In this document: positions 41,411-53,655 of the stretch, one piece after another
Position numbering within the stretch: the stretch's first letter is position 1
Layout: each line of letters starts with the position of its first letter
Assembly: GCA_951406725.2 (NCBI GenBank)
Contig: OX597827.1
Coordinates: forward strand, 19,282,001 to 19,346,000
DNA from: Octopus vulgaris
Lineage: Eukaryota
Direction of reading: 5' to 3'
Length of the DNA: 64,000 nt
Translations under genes and position numbers: made by a program
The notes under the pieces: generated by a model
Databases searched by the model: none
The model's input: the letters and a program-made list of their open reading frames with translations, nothing else
What the model was told of the DNA's origin: nothing

Positions 41411-41626
41411 CACAGGTGTGTGTGTGGTTTTGGGTTCAATCCCATTGCATGACACCTTGGAAAGCAAAGCCTGATGAGTGAATTTGGTAGGTGGAAACTA
41501 AAAGACCATCATATGTAAATGTGTGTGTGTGTGGGGGCGTGTTTGTGTGAAAGTGCTCATTCCCCCTTAGATACAGGGAAAATTAAAATCTTGTGAATGG
41601 ATTTGGTAGACAGAAACTGAAATATA

Positions 41627-42457
41627 CAGCGTGGCCCAGAAGTAACAAAACCCTATTGAATTTATTGAATATTGTTTGATGAACATTTTCTGGGCAGATG
41701 GATAGGACCCATGGAATGTCCTGCAAGGTCCCCAGACCTCAGTCCTCCAGACTTCTTTCTCTGGGGAGTACTAAAAAATCAGGTGTTCTGCACTATACCA
41801 AAAACTCTCAATGATCTGAAACAGAGCATCACAAATGCATGGCAAGATAATACACTGGAACTGTGCAAAAAACGTAACTGATTCAACAACTGAAAGATGT
41901 CCCAACTGTGTTGCAAATAATGGTTTAGGTTTTGAACATTTGCTGTAAACTCATGGCATCTTTTCGGTTTGAACGGCAGCTTTTTTAAAATAATTTCCAC
42001 GTAACTAAACACTTTTAAACTTCGTATACTGGTAGAATGTGTTTATAAAACATCTTTTCCTCTTGGCTTTATTGAGAAAATTCTATAGTTTGTAAGATAT
42101 TTGTTGGGTTTTTTTTCTTCAATTTCTGCAATTTCAACCAATCAATGACGTCTATTGAGGTAAAAAATCATTCTGTGCTGTATGAATATGTCCCTCGTTT
42201 AAGAAACAGATTGGGTTTATTTACATTTGTGAAGAAAAAAAGATACCCTTCCCCCCACCCCTAACCCTAACCCTAAAACAGATTGAAATGCAATAGATCG
42301 ATACTAGGGTCATACTTATGGGTGACAATTTCATGACACTGCTAGAAAAAACTGCCGTTCAAACCGAAAAGATCCAACTCATTTAATAAAAATTTCTGTT
42401 CCATTTATTTGTAACCTTTAACAATAATTAGAGTTCGGTTATTTCTGGGTCACCCTG
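41627..42457 (+). mobile_element. Internally deleted Tc1/mariner-superfamily element
   Basis: Imperfect TIRs CAGCGTGGCCCAGAAGTAAC / GTTATTTCTGGGTCACCCTG with TA flanks. Peptide GRWIG...PARSPDLSPPDFFLWGVLKNQVF. Confidence 0.8.
41956..42375. mobile_element. Same MITE family, copy 3, nested in a Tc1/mariner relic
   Basis: Same TIRs; TSD AACTCATG/AACTCATT. Confidence 0.82.
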
Positions 42458-43281
42458 TATGTGTGTGTGTGTGTGTGTGTGTGTCTGTGGATGTGTGTAG
42501 ACTTGTCTTGACATCATGGCTATAAACGAGCATCATACAGTTGATGTCCATTACCAGTTTTCTGTGAAAAAAAAAAATGTCTAACCTTGGGGAAATATTG
42601 CCTTGCTTGGAAATAGTTAAGGGTTGGTAACAGGAAGAGCATCCATCCAGCCAGAGGAAATCTGCTCTAGCAAATTGCAACAGACCCATGCAAGCATGGG
42701 AAAGTGAACATTAAATAATGATGGTGATGATGATGATGAGGATGATGATGGTGGTGGTAGTGGTGTGTGTGTGTGTGTTTGTAAAAGGCGGCAAGCTGGC
42801 AGAATCATTAGCACGCCGGGCGAAATGCTGAGCGGTATTTTGTCTGCCGTTACGTTCTGAGTTCAAATTCTGCCGAGGTCCACTTTGCCTTTCATCCTTT
42901 CGGGTGTCGATTAAATAAGTACCAGTTACGCACTGGGGTCGATATAATCGACTTAATCCGTTTGTCTATCCTTGTTTGTCCCCTCTGTGTTTAGCCCTTT
43001 GTGGGTAGCAAAGAAATAGGTGTGTGTGTGTCTACACATGCTTATGGTGAATGTCAATTACTGATTGCACAATACTGTCTAGCTCCTGTTATTATTTTTG
43101 ATTAGGCCCAAATCAGTTTTCATCCAACAGACATTTGGTCAAAAGTGTTCCAGCCATGACCATCCCATACTTAGTCTTTTTTTTTTTTTTGGAGACTAAT
43201 GTGTGATTTCAAATGAGATTTGGTTCCTCTTTCTTGCCAGGTAAACAACCAGATATATAAGCTCCCTTGTTAACTTGTGAA

Positions 43282-43313
<32 letters not shown>

Positions 43314-44329
43314 AAATCCATGGTCTAGTGTTCCAGCCTTGGCTATCCCATCCTTTGCTTGTCTGAAACTTCTTTTCTCTAGGCATAGTGTATCTTGGAC
43401 TACATTGTGTAATCTGAGCAGCCGATTGATAGTGTCGTTAGAGTGTCAGATAGATTGCTTGTGGTAATCATTCCAGCTCATGTTCAAATCCCACCAGACT
43501 CAATTTGCCTTTTTTTATTATTATTATTACATTTTTTTTTTGATTGATAAATAAAGTACCAGTCATATACTGGATCAATTCCTTTTTTTTTTTTTTTTTC
43601 ATTTTTGTTTCTGTCTGTCTGTCTGACTTTCTCTCTTTTGGAAGAAATCAACTAAGATCACATCTGAAGAGTGATGGGCTCCACCAGGTCAAAAATATAC
43701 CCAAGAATACGCTACGTCACAATGGCACTCCGACAGCTCAAACAAGGAACTGAGGAGCCAAGACAAGGCATTGCGCAATGTGTCCTTTAGACTATGTGAT
43801 TTATCAGAGATTTGGTTGCTATTTCAAGCAAGTCTAGCAACACAAGTAAGAGCCTTCCCTCATTTGCCTTTATTTTATATCATATAATTTTTTCCCTATA
43901 AAACAGTTAGACATTTCCTCATCATAGAAGATATCACTTTTCCAAAATGGTTTGCTGACAAGGTAGATTTATCTTTGTTTTCTTAATTACAATTATTGTT
44001 ATTATTATATTAATAAAATGAGTTGTCGAGCTGGCAGAATCATAACCGTGCCGGACAAAATGTTTTGCAGCATTTCTTCCAGTTCTTTGATATTCTAAGT
44101 TCAAAACTGCTGCTGAGGTTGACTTTGCCTTTCCACCCATTCAGGGTCAATAAAATAAATACCAACTGAGCGCTAGGAGTCGATGCAATCGACTTCCTCT
44201 GTCCCCTCAAAATTACTGGCCCTGTACTAAAATAAGAAATGATTATTACAATGATAAAAATAGCGGAGTGAGAGAATTGACATGACCCCCACCCAAACCA
44301 AGTTAAAAACATCTTACAGTTCCATCTAC

Positions 44330-44382
<53 letters not shown>

Positions 44383-44826
44383 GCAACAACAGCAGATGAT
44401 GACGATCTATCATGATCTATCACGATCTATCATGGCGACAGCAGCTCGCCATAATAGCCACTACACACATTTTTTTTCTCTTCTTGTTTTTTCTGTGTAC
44501 CTTTCTGTGGAAGAGCGTAGGCTCGAAATGTAAAAGACTTTTTCTATTCCTGAGCATTATACTAATACATCTGTTTGTTTTGTACACCACCTGTCTTCGT
44601 CTTTTGCTTTTTCCGTAAACTCACCCTATATATATATATATATAGCCCATACATACTACCAGCAAAATCATCAAGAAAATAAATGCTGGTCAAATGCAGG
44701 AGTGACTTATGCTTTTGTTCTTTCCACAAAAGCCTTTGTGGTTCTCATGATTAAGTTATAAGTCTTTGTTATTAAAGTTATTACTATTATTATTATTAAT
44801 GTTATTTTTGGTAATGATTAGTCGTT

Positions 44827-44832
44827 TTTATT
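44827..44832 (-). promoter_or_regulatory. Candidate polyadenylation signal of the PRDM/PLAG-like gene
   Basis: AATAAA on the minus strand about 90 nt past the stop codon; the region is AT-rich, so specificity is low. Confidence 0.3.
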
Positions 44833-44922
44833 ATAACAATTTGTTGTTGTCATTATCATCAATCATCGACATTGTTGTTGTCGTTGTTGCTGTTGTTGCT
44901 ATTTGAGTGTTGATTCATCGGT

Positions 44923-46970
44923 TTAAAATGATTTGGTGTTCGTATGGTCGACAATGGACAATTGCTTGCTGTCTGTGGCATCGGCGGGCCACATCGAGGA
45001 CGAAGATTCACACGTGGCATCTGGAGCTGAGAGGGTTTTATCTTGGTTGGGTTGAGGTGCCAGTCCTTCACGATACAGCTGCAACTGCTCTAGGTACTTC
45101 TGGCACGCTGCCAAGCGTCTGTCTCCTTCTCTGTGCTGTGACTTTGCTCCAGTGGCAGTGGTGGTGTCAAAATCAGGGGCAGAAGACGGGGTCAGTAAGC
45201 TGTCCTTGTTCAACTGGGTATCCGATAGAGATGTGGCTGCTGGGACCGTACCAGGGGTGTATAACTGTTTTTTCTGTACATCATACAAATGCTGCTGAGT
45301 GGTTTCAATGTTCGACAAGGACAACAGTGGGGGAGAAACAGTTGCAGTTGATGATGCCAAACCAGATTTCTCAGGTGTGCAGGGATAGGTAGTACTACAC
45401 CCCTGTTGATGTTGATGGCTACTGACAGGGGATGATGGTGGGACAGTGCCTGATGCTGGACGAGGAACCCCTCTGGAAGCAGTTGATTGACTAGAATCAG
45501 TGCTGACATACTGAATGACGTCTGATGACAACCCTGGGACTTCACTGCAACTTGCTTTTTCAAATGGATTCTTGGAGAAAAGGGTGGGATTGAAACTGGA
45601 CTTGTACAATTTCATTGATTCAACTTCTTCAGGAGAAAAGTCTTTGTCAGAAATGGACAACCGAGAGAGGGCAGTCTGTGGAGGGGGTGACATCTTACTT
45701 TCGTCATCACCTACTACATCATCATCATCATCGTCGTCGTCGTCGTCATCCTCATCATCATCTTCATCATCGTCACATTTTGTTGAATTTGAGTCGGGCA
45801 ATGTTGCAGCCATAGCAACATCACTTGTACTGACTGGATTGGTGTTTGTTGTCTCGGCAACCAAGCTGTCACTACTGGCATCGGGAATCAACACATTGGC
45901 AAGGTGAGGCTCATCTCGGTTGGCGTCATGGTGACACGACTCTAACAACTCAGCTGGCAAAGAAACAGCATTCGTGCTGACACTGCTGCTGCTGCTGCTA
46001 CAGATTTCTCCGCAGTCTGCCGGGTGGCTGTGGAACCGCTGGAAATGCAGGTTCAAATGACCCCGACGACTAAAAAGCTGCGAACAGTAAATGCACTTAT
46101 ATTCCTTCTTGCGAGAATGTACCACCAGATGGCGTTTCATGTCTTTCCTCTTTGCAAAAACCTTGCTGCACTCCAAGCACTTATGGGTTTTGTCAAGGCC
46201 CTTCGGGTAAACAATCCCGCCGTGGATCTTCAGATGTAGTAAGAGATCATCCTTGTTGTCGTATTTCTTATTGCAGATCGGACAGTTGTTAATCTTACCC
46301 TTCTCTGCTGCATGCATTGCCATGTGTGTCTTGTGCATAAAGCGGGATATGTATTGCTTGCCGCACTGTTTGCACACCCATGTTGGCTTGTCCGGCTTGT
46401 GAGTGTTCAGGTGTGATGTCAGGTGATCACGCCGGCCAAAAGACTTCTCGCAGAAAAAACATTTGTGGTTTCGTGGTGCACTGTGAATGAGCATATGCCG
46501 ATCAAGGAGGAACTTCGACACGAACACTTTACTGCAGTTTTCTGTTGTGCATCGATGCAACACTTTCCGCCCATGTGCACACATTCTTCCACTACCGCCA
46601 CTGCTACAGTTATTGTTGTTACCTCCACCATGGCCTCCCCTCCTTTCCAGCTTACACGAGACACACTCATTCTTCCGGCTACGTTTCCGCATCACTGAAG
46701 GTGGGGAGATCAAGGCTAGCTTGGTAATTTTCGAACCTACGTCATCTGTGTCACTAGTGCCAAGTAACATCTGACCAAACGTTGCTTTAGAAGACCGGGT
46801 GACGCGTTTCAGATTTTGGTTACCGATGCCGCCGGCTTCCAGTGGAGTTGCACTTGAACGAATGTCAACGTTTCTCTCAATTTTCAAATCTTTGCTTTTG
46901 GTACCATGGATGACGTTGTCGATAGAGATGTTTTCTTTGCAAACTTTTGCAGCAACTGAACTCTTTGAAC
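44923..46970 (-). CDS. PRDM/PLAG-like gene, terminal exon: six PLAG1-like C2H2 zinc fingers plus acidic/Ser-rich tail
   Basis: Acceptor TTGCAG|GT at 46970, phase 1, inside ORF 44923..47031. Fingers CTTENCSKVFVSKFLLDRHMLIH, HKCFFCEKSFGRRDHL, MAMHAA..G, RKDMKRHLVVH and C.YCSQ.F.R..HL follow PLAG1/PLAGL2 fingers 2-7 as I recall them. A poly-Asp tract follows. Confidence 0.88.
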
Positions 46971-47280
46971 CTGCAAGCAACGCCAAAAAATACAAATTAT
47001 TAGCACATTCTTTTAAAAAAACCATTACCACAGCTTACATACCACATATCACTTCTCTCTCTTTCTCTTCTTCTCACTGTTTCTCTCTTTCTTTCTCTCT
47101 CTCTCTCTCTTTTGTGTGTGTGTGTGTGTGTCATCAAATATCAAAATAAAAAGGGATTAACATTCCAGGCGAAATACTTCATAAGCTGTCTGTAGATGAA
47201 CATACACCAGGCTAACTTATGCATCCTGTGATAGACATAGAAATCCTCACAATCTGAACTCAACAAGCAGTCACCAGTAG

Positions 47281-47323
<43 letters not shown>

Positions 47324-47444
47324 TTGTGTGTGTGTGTGTGTGGAGGCACAATGGCTCAGTGGTTAGGGCAGCGGACTTGCGGTCGTAGGATCGCAGTTTC
47401 GATTCCCAGACCGGGCGTTGTGAGTGTTTATTGAGCAAAAACAT

Positions 47445-47672
47445 TGAGGTAAAAAAACATTCTGTGCTGTATGAATATGTTCCTCTTTTAAGAAACAGAT
47501 TGGGTTTATTTACATTTGTGAAGAAAAAACGATACCCTTCCCTCCACCCCCACCTCTAACCCTAACCCTAAAACAGATTGAAATGCAATAGATCGATACT
47601 AGGGTCATAATTATGGGTGACAATTTCCTATGACACCGCTAGAAAAAACTGCCGTTCAAACCGAAAAGATCC
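47445..47672. mobile_element. Same MITE family, half copy
   Basis: One TIR plus the CCCTAA-containing half, joined to a truncated SINE head. Confidence 0.75.
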
Positions 47673-48149
47673 GAGTTGTCAACCTTGCCTTTGTTCTTTT
47701 GTGGAATGGTGATTAGTTAGTCTGAATACAATAATAGTTCCACAGATATAGTTCTGATTAATTGAAGTTACAGTGTTTGCCATATTATGTGTATCATTAA
47801 TTAAGTCATTATCGAAAGAAGTTTTGGAGTGACCTTATATTCTCGCTTTGGTAACCCACATTATGAAGGGAAGTAACTCATGTAGACTCTTTTAGAGAAG
47901 ATGTATTTAAAAATACAATTGCAGCGTGGAAGGTGTTTATAAGCCTTTTAAGAAACACACAAAATCCGTTAGATTCACTTCAACATTTAAATTTAATTTT
48001 TCAAAATATTTTCGTTGCTTTGAGGCCGCGACCTATTCACTGACAAAGTTTCGTGCTGCACGAAGCTTTGTGCAATTAAGAAATCAACTCATAAATAAAT
48101 GAAGCCCTCAAATCCATTACTGTATATATATATATACATATACACACAC

Positions 48150-48395
48150 ACAGCAAGTATAGATGGGCTGGACACGTCGCCCGGCTCACCGATAATCGGT
48201 GGACGCACGCAGTTGTCTAGTGGTACCCGCGTGAGCGGAAAAGACCACCCGGAAGACCTCCACGACGGTGGAGTGACGATTTCAAGAGGACGATTGGGAT
48301 CACGTGGATGAGAAAGGCGCGATCCAGAGAGGAGTGGACAGCGTGCTGTGACCAGCGGTGTCAAATGGACGCCTGACGGACTGGTCGATCAAAGT
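48150..48395 (+). mobile_element. 3' fragment of an RTE-clade LINE, same family as 945-1275
   Basis: RWAGHVARLTDNRWTHAVV*WYPRERKRPPGRPPRRW; nucleotide similarity to 1045-1270. Confidence 0.75.
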
Positions 48396-49137
48396 GATAT
48401 ACACACACACACAGAGTCGCATAACTATGTATGTATGTACCGACACATGTCTATGTGCATAGGTACATTATGATCTATACACACACCGATAAGGGTTGAT
48501 TTGTATGAAAATTTAAATGTTGAAGTGAATCTAACGGTTTTTGTGTGTTTCTTAAATGGCTTATAAACACCTTCCACGCTGCAATTGTTTTCGTTCCAGC
48601 ACACGATCTCAGATCAAGTCACTCGCTATGCAAGTACATCTCCAATATTTAAAAATATATATATATCTATATATTAATTCTGAGAGCAACATTGACAGTT
48701 AGACATGTGCAGCATTTATATCAATGTGAAGTTGATGAAATAAAACCTATGTTTTCTTCTTTGGATTTCTTTATAATCTGTATATCAAGCTTCGTCAGTG
48801 TGTGCTATGAAAAGGCCATATGTACACGCATCGCATGCACACACGCACATGCACACATACACTTGGCTGTGGGGCTAAGTTCGATATGAATCTTCATGCT
48901 TTCAAGTTCAGTCCAACTGCATGGTACCCCAGACAAGTACAATTCTCTATTATAACCCTGGATTGAACAATCATCATCATCATTTAACACCAACCTTCCA
49001 TGCTGGCATGGGTTGGGCGATTTGAGACGATCAGAGAAATCAGAAAACTGTGCCAAGCTCCAACATCTGCTGTGGCCTGTGGCATGGTTTCTGGGAACCC
49101 TCCCTAATATCAATCATTTTATATATATATATATATA

Positions 49138-51603
49138 CTAATCATCAGTGACTTTAAGCTTGAGGCCAGAAGGACTCCAAGAAACAAACCAATCCAAAAA
49201 AGAAGGATTTGGAGGCTAAAGAACCCTTCGCATGGTCAGAAATTTAGGGACATACTCATCAAGAAATTTGATGAGAGGGAAGAGGAGCTTCAGACGTCAG
49301 ACATAGAAGGTAGCTGGGAATTCCTACGGGACAGCTTGTTGAGTGCCACAGACCAAGTTTGTGGATGGTGCAAAGTCCCTTCCAGACCTAGAATTACGTG
49401 GTGGTGGAATAGTGCAGTAGATAAAGCCATCTGTGAAAAGAGACGGGCCTGGAAAGCCTGGAAGGATGGGGGCAGCAGGGAACTGTACCAGATAGCCAAA
49501 AGGGAGGATGGGCGGCAGGTATACATTGCCAAAGATGTAGCAGAAAAGAAGAAGTTTGCCAATGTCCAGCGTCGCGAGGATCAAAGAGCTGAAGTATTTC
49601 GGATTGCCAGACAGTGTGTCAGAGAAAATAGCGATGTTATAGGAGAGAAATGTGTTCGCATGGATGATGGGGCACTTGCTTTTACTACTAGTGAAAAGAA
49701 AGAGGCTTGGAGAAGCCATTATGAAAGACTGCTGAATGAGGAGAATGAATGGGAGGAGGAGAGCCTGCCAAATGTTGACCCAGTAGAGGGACCAGCTACC
49801 CGAATAGACAGCTCCCTTGTAGATAAGGCAATTAAGGATATGAAACCAGGCAAAGCCCCTGGCCTATCAGGAATCACTGCTGAGATGCTTAAAACAGCTG
49901 GCTATGTGGGCCATGCCATAGTCACCCGCATTGTAAACCAGGTAGTTCACAATGGAGCCATACCCAATGACTGGTGCAGCAGTACCATAGTCAACTGCTA
50001 CAAGGGTAAGGGTGATGCTCTAGATAGAAATAACTACAGAGGTATCAAACTGTTGGACCAGGTGATGAAGGTCTCAGAGAAGGTCATAACCAATCTCATT
50101 AGGGAGAGAATTTGTTTAGATGAAATGCAGTTCGGTTTTGTACCAGGTAGAAGCACCACTGATGCTATATTCCTGGTCCGACAACTGCAGGAGAAGTACC
50201 TAGCTAAAGATAAACCCCTCTACATAGCTTTTGTAGACTTGGAGAAAGCCTTTGACAGGGTTCCCCGTTCCCTTATCTGGTGGTCGATGCGGAAACTGGA
50301 GATTGAAGAATGGCTAATAAGGGCTGTACAGGCTCTATACAGAGAGGCTGTTAGCAAGGTTAGGATTGGCAACGAATATAGTGAAGAATTCCGAGTAGAA
50401 GTAGGTGTGCACCAGGGCTCAGCCCTCAGTCCCCTTTTATTCATCATAGTCCTTCAGGCAATAACAGAGGAATTCAAAACGGGATGCCCCTGGGAGCTCC
50501 TCTATGCCGATGACCTAGCTCTCATAGCAGAATCACTACCGGAACTAGAAGAGAAATTTCGGGTGTGGAAGCAAGGGTTGGAATCAAAGGGCCTTAGAAT
50601 AAATGTAGCAAAGACCAAAGTATTAGTAAGCAGCAAGAGGTACTCAACACACATCCCCTCGGGTAGGTGGCCCTGCTCAACCTGTAGGAAAGGTACAGGT
50701 AGAAACTCCATAAGATGCACCCAATGTAAGTTATGGACACATAAGAGGTGCAGCAACATTAAAGGGAAATTAACAGATAAGATAGCTTTCATGTGCGGCA
50801 GATGCACAGGGACAATAGACACAACAGACACTCAGAAAACAGATTCCATCACACTCCAGGGAGAGAAACTAGAAGTAGTTGATAGTTTCCGCTACCTGGG
50901 AGACCAAGTTAGTAGTGGAGGTGGATGCACAGAGAGTATCACCACTAGAATACGAATAGCCTGGGCAAAGTTCAGAAAGCTCCTACCCCTACTGGCAACA
51001 AAAGGCCTCTCCCTCAGAGCAAAAGGTAGATTGTATGATGCATGTGTGCGAACTGCCATGCTTCACGGTAATGAAACATGGGCTGTGACTGCAGAAGACA
51101 TGCGTAGACTTGAAAGAAATGAAGCTAGCATGATCCGCTGGATGTGTAATGTCAGTGTGCACGCAAAACAGAGTGTAAGTATCCTGAGAGAAATGCTGGA
51201 TATAAGAAGCATCAGATGTGGTGTGCAAGAGCGACGCTTGCGATGGTATGGTCATGTGCTGCGGATGGATGAAGAGAGATGTGTGAAGAAGTGCCACTCC
51301 CAAACAGTTGAAGGTATCAGGGGGAGAGGTAGACCCAGGAAGACATGGGATGAGGTGGTCAAGCATGACCTCAGAGCATTGGGCCTCACTGAGGCAATGG
51401 CGAAGGACCGAGATCTCTGGAGATATGCTGTGACTACAAAGACCCGGGCTGCTTTCTGCAGCAATTCCACATACCCCCTACCCATTCTAAGTACCCCGGA
51501 TCCCCAAAGTACCCTGGATCCCCAAAGTACCCCGATCCCGAAAGTACCCCGGACCTCGTTGCCCCGTGCCGCTGACACGTTAAAATGCTCGAACCGATCG
51601 TGA
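49138..51603 (+). CDS. LINE reverse transcriptase with embedded PHD-like Cys/His domain; APE endonuclease lost by truncation
   Basis: ORF 49336..51603 extends upstream without stops to 49138 (LIISDFKL...). CSTC...CTQC..WTHKRC...CGRC lies between YADD and FRYLG. Confidence 0.85.
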   Translation, partial: LIISDFKLEARRTPRNKPIQKRRIWRLKNPSHGQKFRDILIKKFDEREEELQTSDIEGSWEFLRDSLLSATDQVCGWCKVPSRPRITWWWNSAVDKAICEKRRAWKAWKDGGSRELYQIAKREDGRQVYIAKDVAEKKKFANVQRREDQRAEVFRIARQCVRENSDVIGEKCVRMDDGALAFTTSEKKEAWRSHYERLLNEENEWEEESLPNVDPVEGPATRIDSSLVDKAIKDMKPGKAPGLSGITAEMLKTAGYVGHAIVTRIVNQVVHNGAIPNDWCSSTIVNCYKGKGDALDRNNYRGIKLLDQVMKVSEKVITNLIRERICLDEMQFGFVPGRSTTDAIFLVRQLQEKYLAKDKPLYIAFVDLEKAFDRVPRSLIWWSMRKLEIEEWLIRAVQALYREAVSKVRIGNEYSEEFRVEVGVHQGSALSPLLFIIVLQAITEEFKTGCPWELLYADDLALIAESLPELEEKFRVWKQGLESKGLRINVAKTKVLVSSKRYSTHIPSGRWPCSTCRKGTGRNSIRCTQCKLWTHKRCSNIKGKLTDKIAFMCGRCTGTIDTTDTQKTDSITLQGEKLEVVDSFRYLGDQVSSGGGCTESITTRIRIAWAKFRKLLPLLATKGLSLRAKGRLYDACVRTAMLHGNETWAVTAEDMRRLERNEASMIRWMCNVSVHAKQSVSILREMLDIRSIRCGVQERRLRWYGHVLRMDEERCVKKCHSQTVEGIRGRGRPRKTWDEVVKHDLRALGLTEAMAKDRDLWRYAVTTKTRAAFCSNSTYPLPILSTPDPQSTLDPQSTPIPKVPRTSLPRAADTLKCSNRS

Positions 51604-51816
51604 CGATGCCGGACCCTCCGGCCCCTGTGCAGGTGGCACGTAAAAAGCACCCAATCCACTCACGGAGTGGTTGGCGTTAGGAAGGGCATCCAGCCGTAGA
51701 AACTCTGCCAGATTCAGACTGGAGCCTGGAGCGGCCCCTGGCTTCCCAGACCCGGTCAAACCGTCCAACCCGTGCTAGCGCGGAAAGCGGACGTTAAACG
51801 ATGATGATGATGATGA

Positions 51817-51819
<3 letters not shown>
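49138..51819 (+). mobile_element. RTE-type LINE, 5'-truncated, antisense in an intron of the PRDM/PLAG-like gene
   Basis: Open frame from 49138 to 51603 with RT motifs KAPG, NYRGIKLL, QFGF..GRSTTDAIF, FVDLEKAFDRV, GVHQGSALSP, LLYADD, FRYLG, RLRWYGHV and RGRGRPRKTW. 3' tail ends ACGTTAAAC(GAT)n. Flanked by (TA)n. Confidence 0.92.
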
Positions 51820-51861
<42 letters not shown>

Positions 51862-52753
51862 AACATATGTATATATATATATCATCATCATTCATTTAGC
51901 GTCCGCTTTCCATGCTAGCATGGGTTGGACGGTTCAACTGGGGTCTGGGAAGCCAGAAGGCTGCACCAGGCTCCAGTCTGATCTGGCAGAGTTTCTACAG
52001 CTTGATGCCCTTCCTAACGCCAACCACTCCGTGAGTGTAGTGGGTGCTTTTTACGTCCCACCGGCACAGGTGCCAGACGAGGCTGGCAACGGCCACGATC
52101 GGATGGTGCTTTTTACGTGCCACTGGCACTGGTATCACAGCTACATATTCCATTGATGTTGATCGATTTCGATTTTGATTTTGAATTGTAAACAAATGCA
52201 TAAGCATATCTTTGTGGTACCTTGAGCAAGTGTCTCCTGCAACAGCCCCCGGGTCGTCTTGTATTGTGGGTTACTTGGTGATCTAAATTGTTTTGGTGCC
52301 ATGAAAAGAAAGCAGCCAATACACTCCATAAAGGGGTCAGTGTTAGGAAGGGCATCCAGCCATAGAAACCACACAAATGCACACCACTAACTGGAACTCA
52401 ACACAGTCATCTGGTTCATTGCACCAGGTCAAATGAGGGATCCTTTCGGTTTGAACGAAATAGATCGATACTAGTACTTGCTGTTAGGAAGGGTATCCAG
52501 CAGTAGAAATCATACCAAAATGGAATCATTGGAGGACGACATATTCCTCTGGCTTGGCAGATCCTGTCAAACTGTCCAATCCATACCAGCATGAAAGGAG
52601 GAATTAAAATAGAGGTAATGATGATGATGATGATGATGATGGATGGTGGTGGTGGTGGTGGTGATGAAGGTGATGGTGATGATAATGACGATGGTGATGA
52701 AGGTGGTGATGATGATGATGATAGTGATAAAAGGAACAGAGTTGAAGACTGAC

Positions 52754-52957
52754 CGGTGGCGCGTGACGAAGTGAAACTGAAATGCCGTCGTGGTCGACTT
52801 CTCTCCAAGACTCTAACAACATCAGAAGGAAATGGTAGCTGAGGCAGTTCTCCTTTGACATCGGACTCTGTGGAAACAGTCTCCATTCCTTCATCATATG
52901 AGTTGTCCTGTTGTACGGTGTGAGACTCAACACTGGAGTCCTCGCTGATGCCGGAAC
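52754..52957 (-). CDS. PRDM/PLAG-like gene exon: acidic linker
   Basis: CTCCAG| acceptor. Open frame (G)SGISEDSSVESHTVQQDNSYDEGMETVSTESDVKGELPQLPFPSDVVRVLERSRPRRHFSFTSSRAT. Donor CCG|GTCAGT; 204 nt, phase 1/1, compatible with both neighbouring exons. No domain homology, so support is from splice sites and frame only. Confidence 0.7.
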
Positions 52958-53034
52958 CTGGAGGTACACAGTGCAGGAATCATATTAGAAAGAAAGAAAC
53001 TATGAAAGACAAGTAGGCACATAGGTACGTAGGT

Positions 53035-53655
53035 GGGTGGACAGGTAGACAGACAGGTAAATAGGCAGGTAGACAGACAGGTGGATGGATGGATGGATAA
53101 GTAGATGGATGGATGGACAGGTAGATAGACAGGTAGACAGACAGGTGGATAGACAGGTAGACAGATAGGTGGATAGACAGGTGGATGGATGGATAAGTAG
53201 ATGGATGGATGGATGGATGGATGGATGGATGGATGGATGAATGGATAGGTAGACAGACAGGTAAATAGACAGGTGGATAGACAGGTGGATAGACAGGTAG
53301 ACAGACAGGTGGATAGACAGGTAGACAGACAGGTGGATAAACAGGTGGACAGACAGGTGGACAGACAGGTGGATAGACAGGTAGACAGACAGGTGGATAG
53401 ACAGGTAGACAGACAGGTGGATAGACAGGTAGACAAACAGGTGGATGGATGGATAAGTAGATGGATGGATGGATAGGTAGACAGACAGGTAAATAGACAG
53501 GTAGACAGACAGGTTGACAGACAGGTAGGCAGACAAGTGGATAGACAGGTGGATAGACAGGTAGACAGACAAGTAGACAGACAGGTAGGTAGACAGGTAG
53601 ACAGACAGATGGATAGACAGGTGGATGGATGGATAAGTAGATAGATAGACAGACA
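53035..53655. repeat. Compound tetranucleotide satellite with ~12-bp higher-order units
   Basis: GACAGGTGGATA and GACAGGTAGACA units mixed with (GGAT)n. Confidence 0.92.

Noticed and set aside
46971-47031. N-terminus MVMVFLKECANNLYFLALLA of ORF 44923..47031
   Set aside because: It is intron sequence (non-ATG start, T-rich tract ending in GCAG) upstream of the acceptor at 46970.
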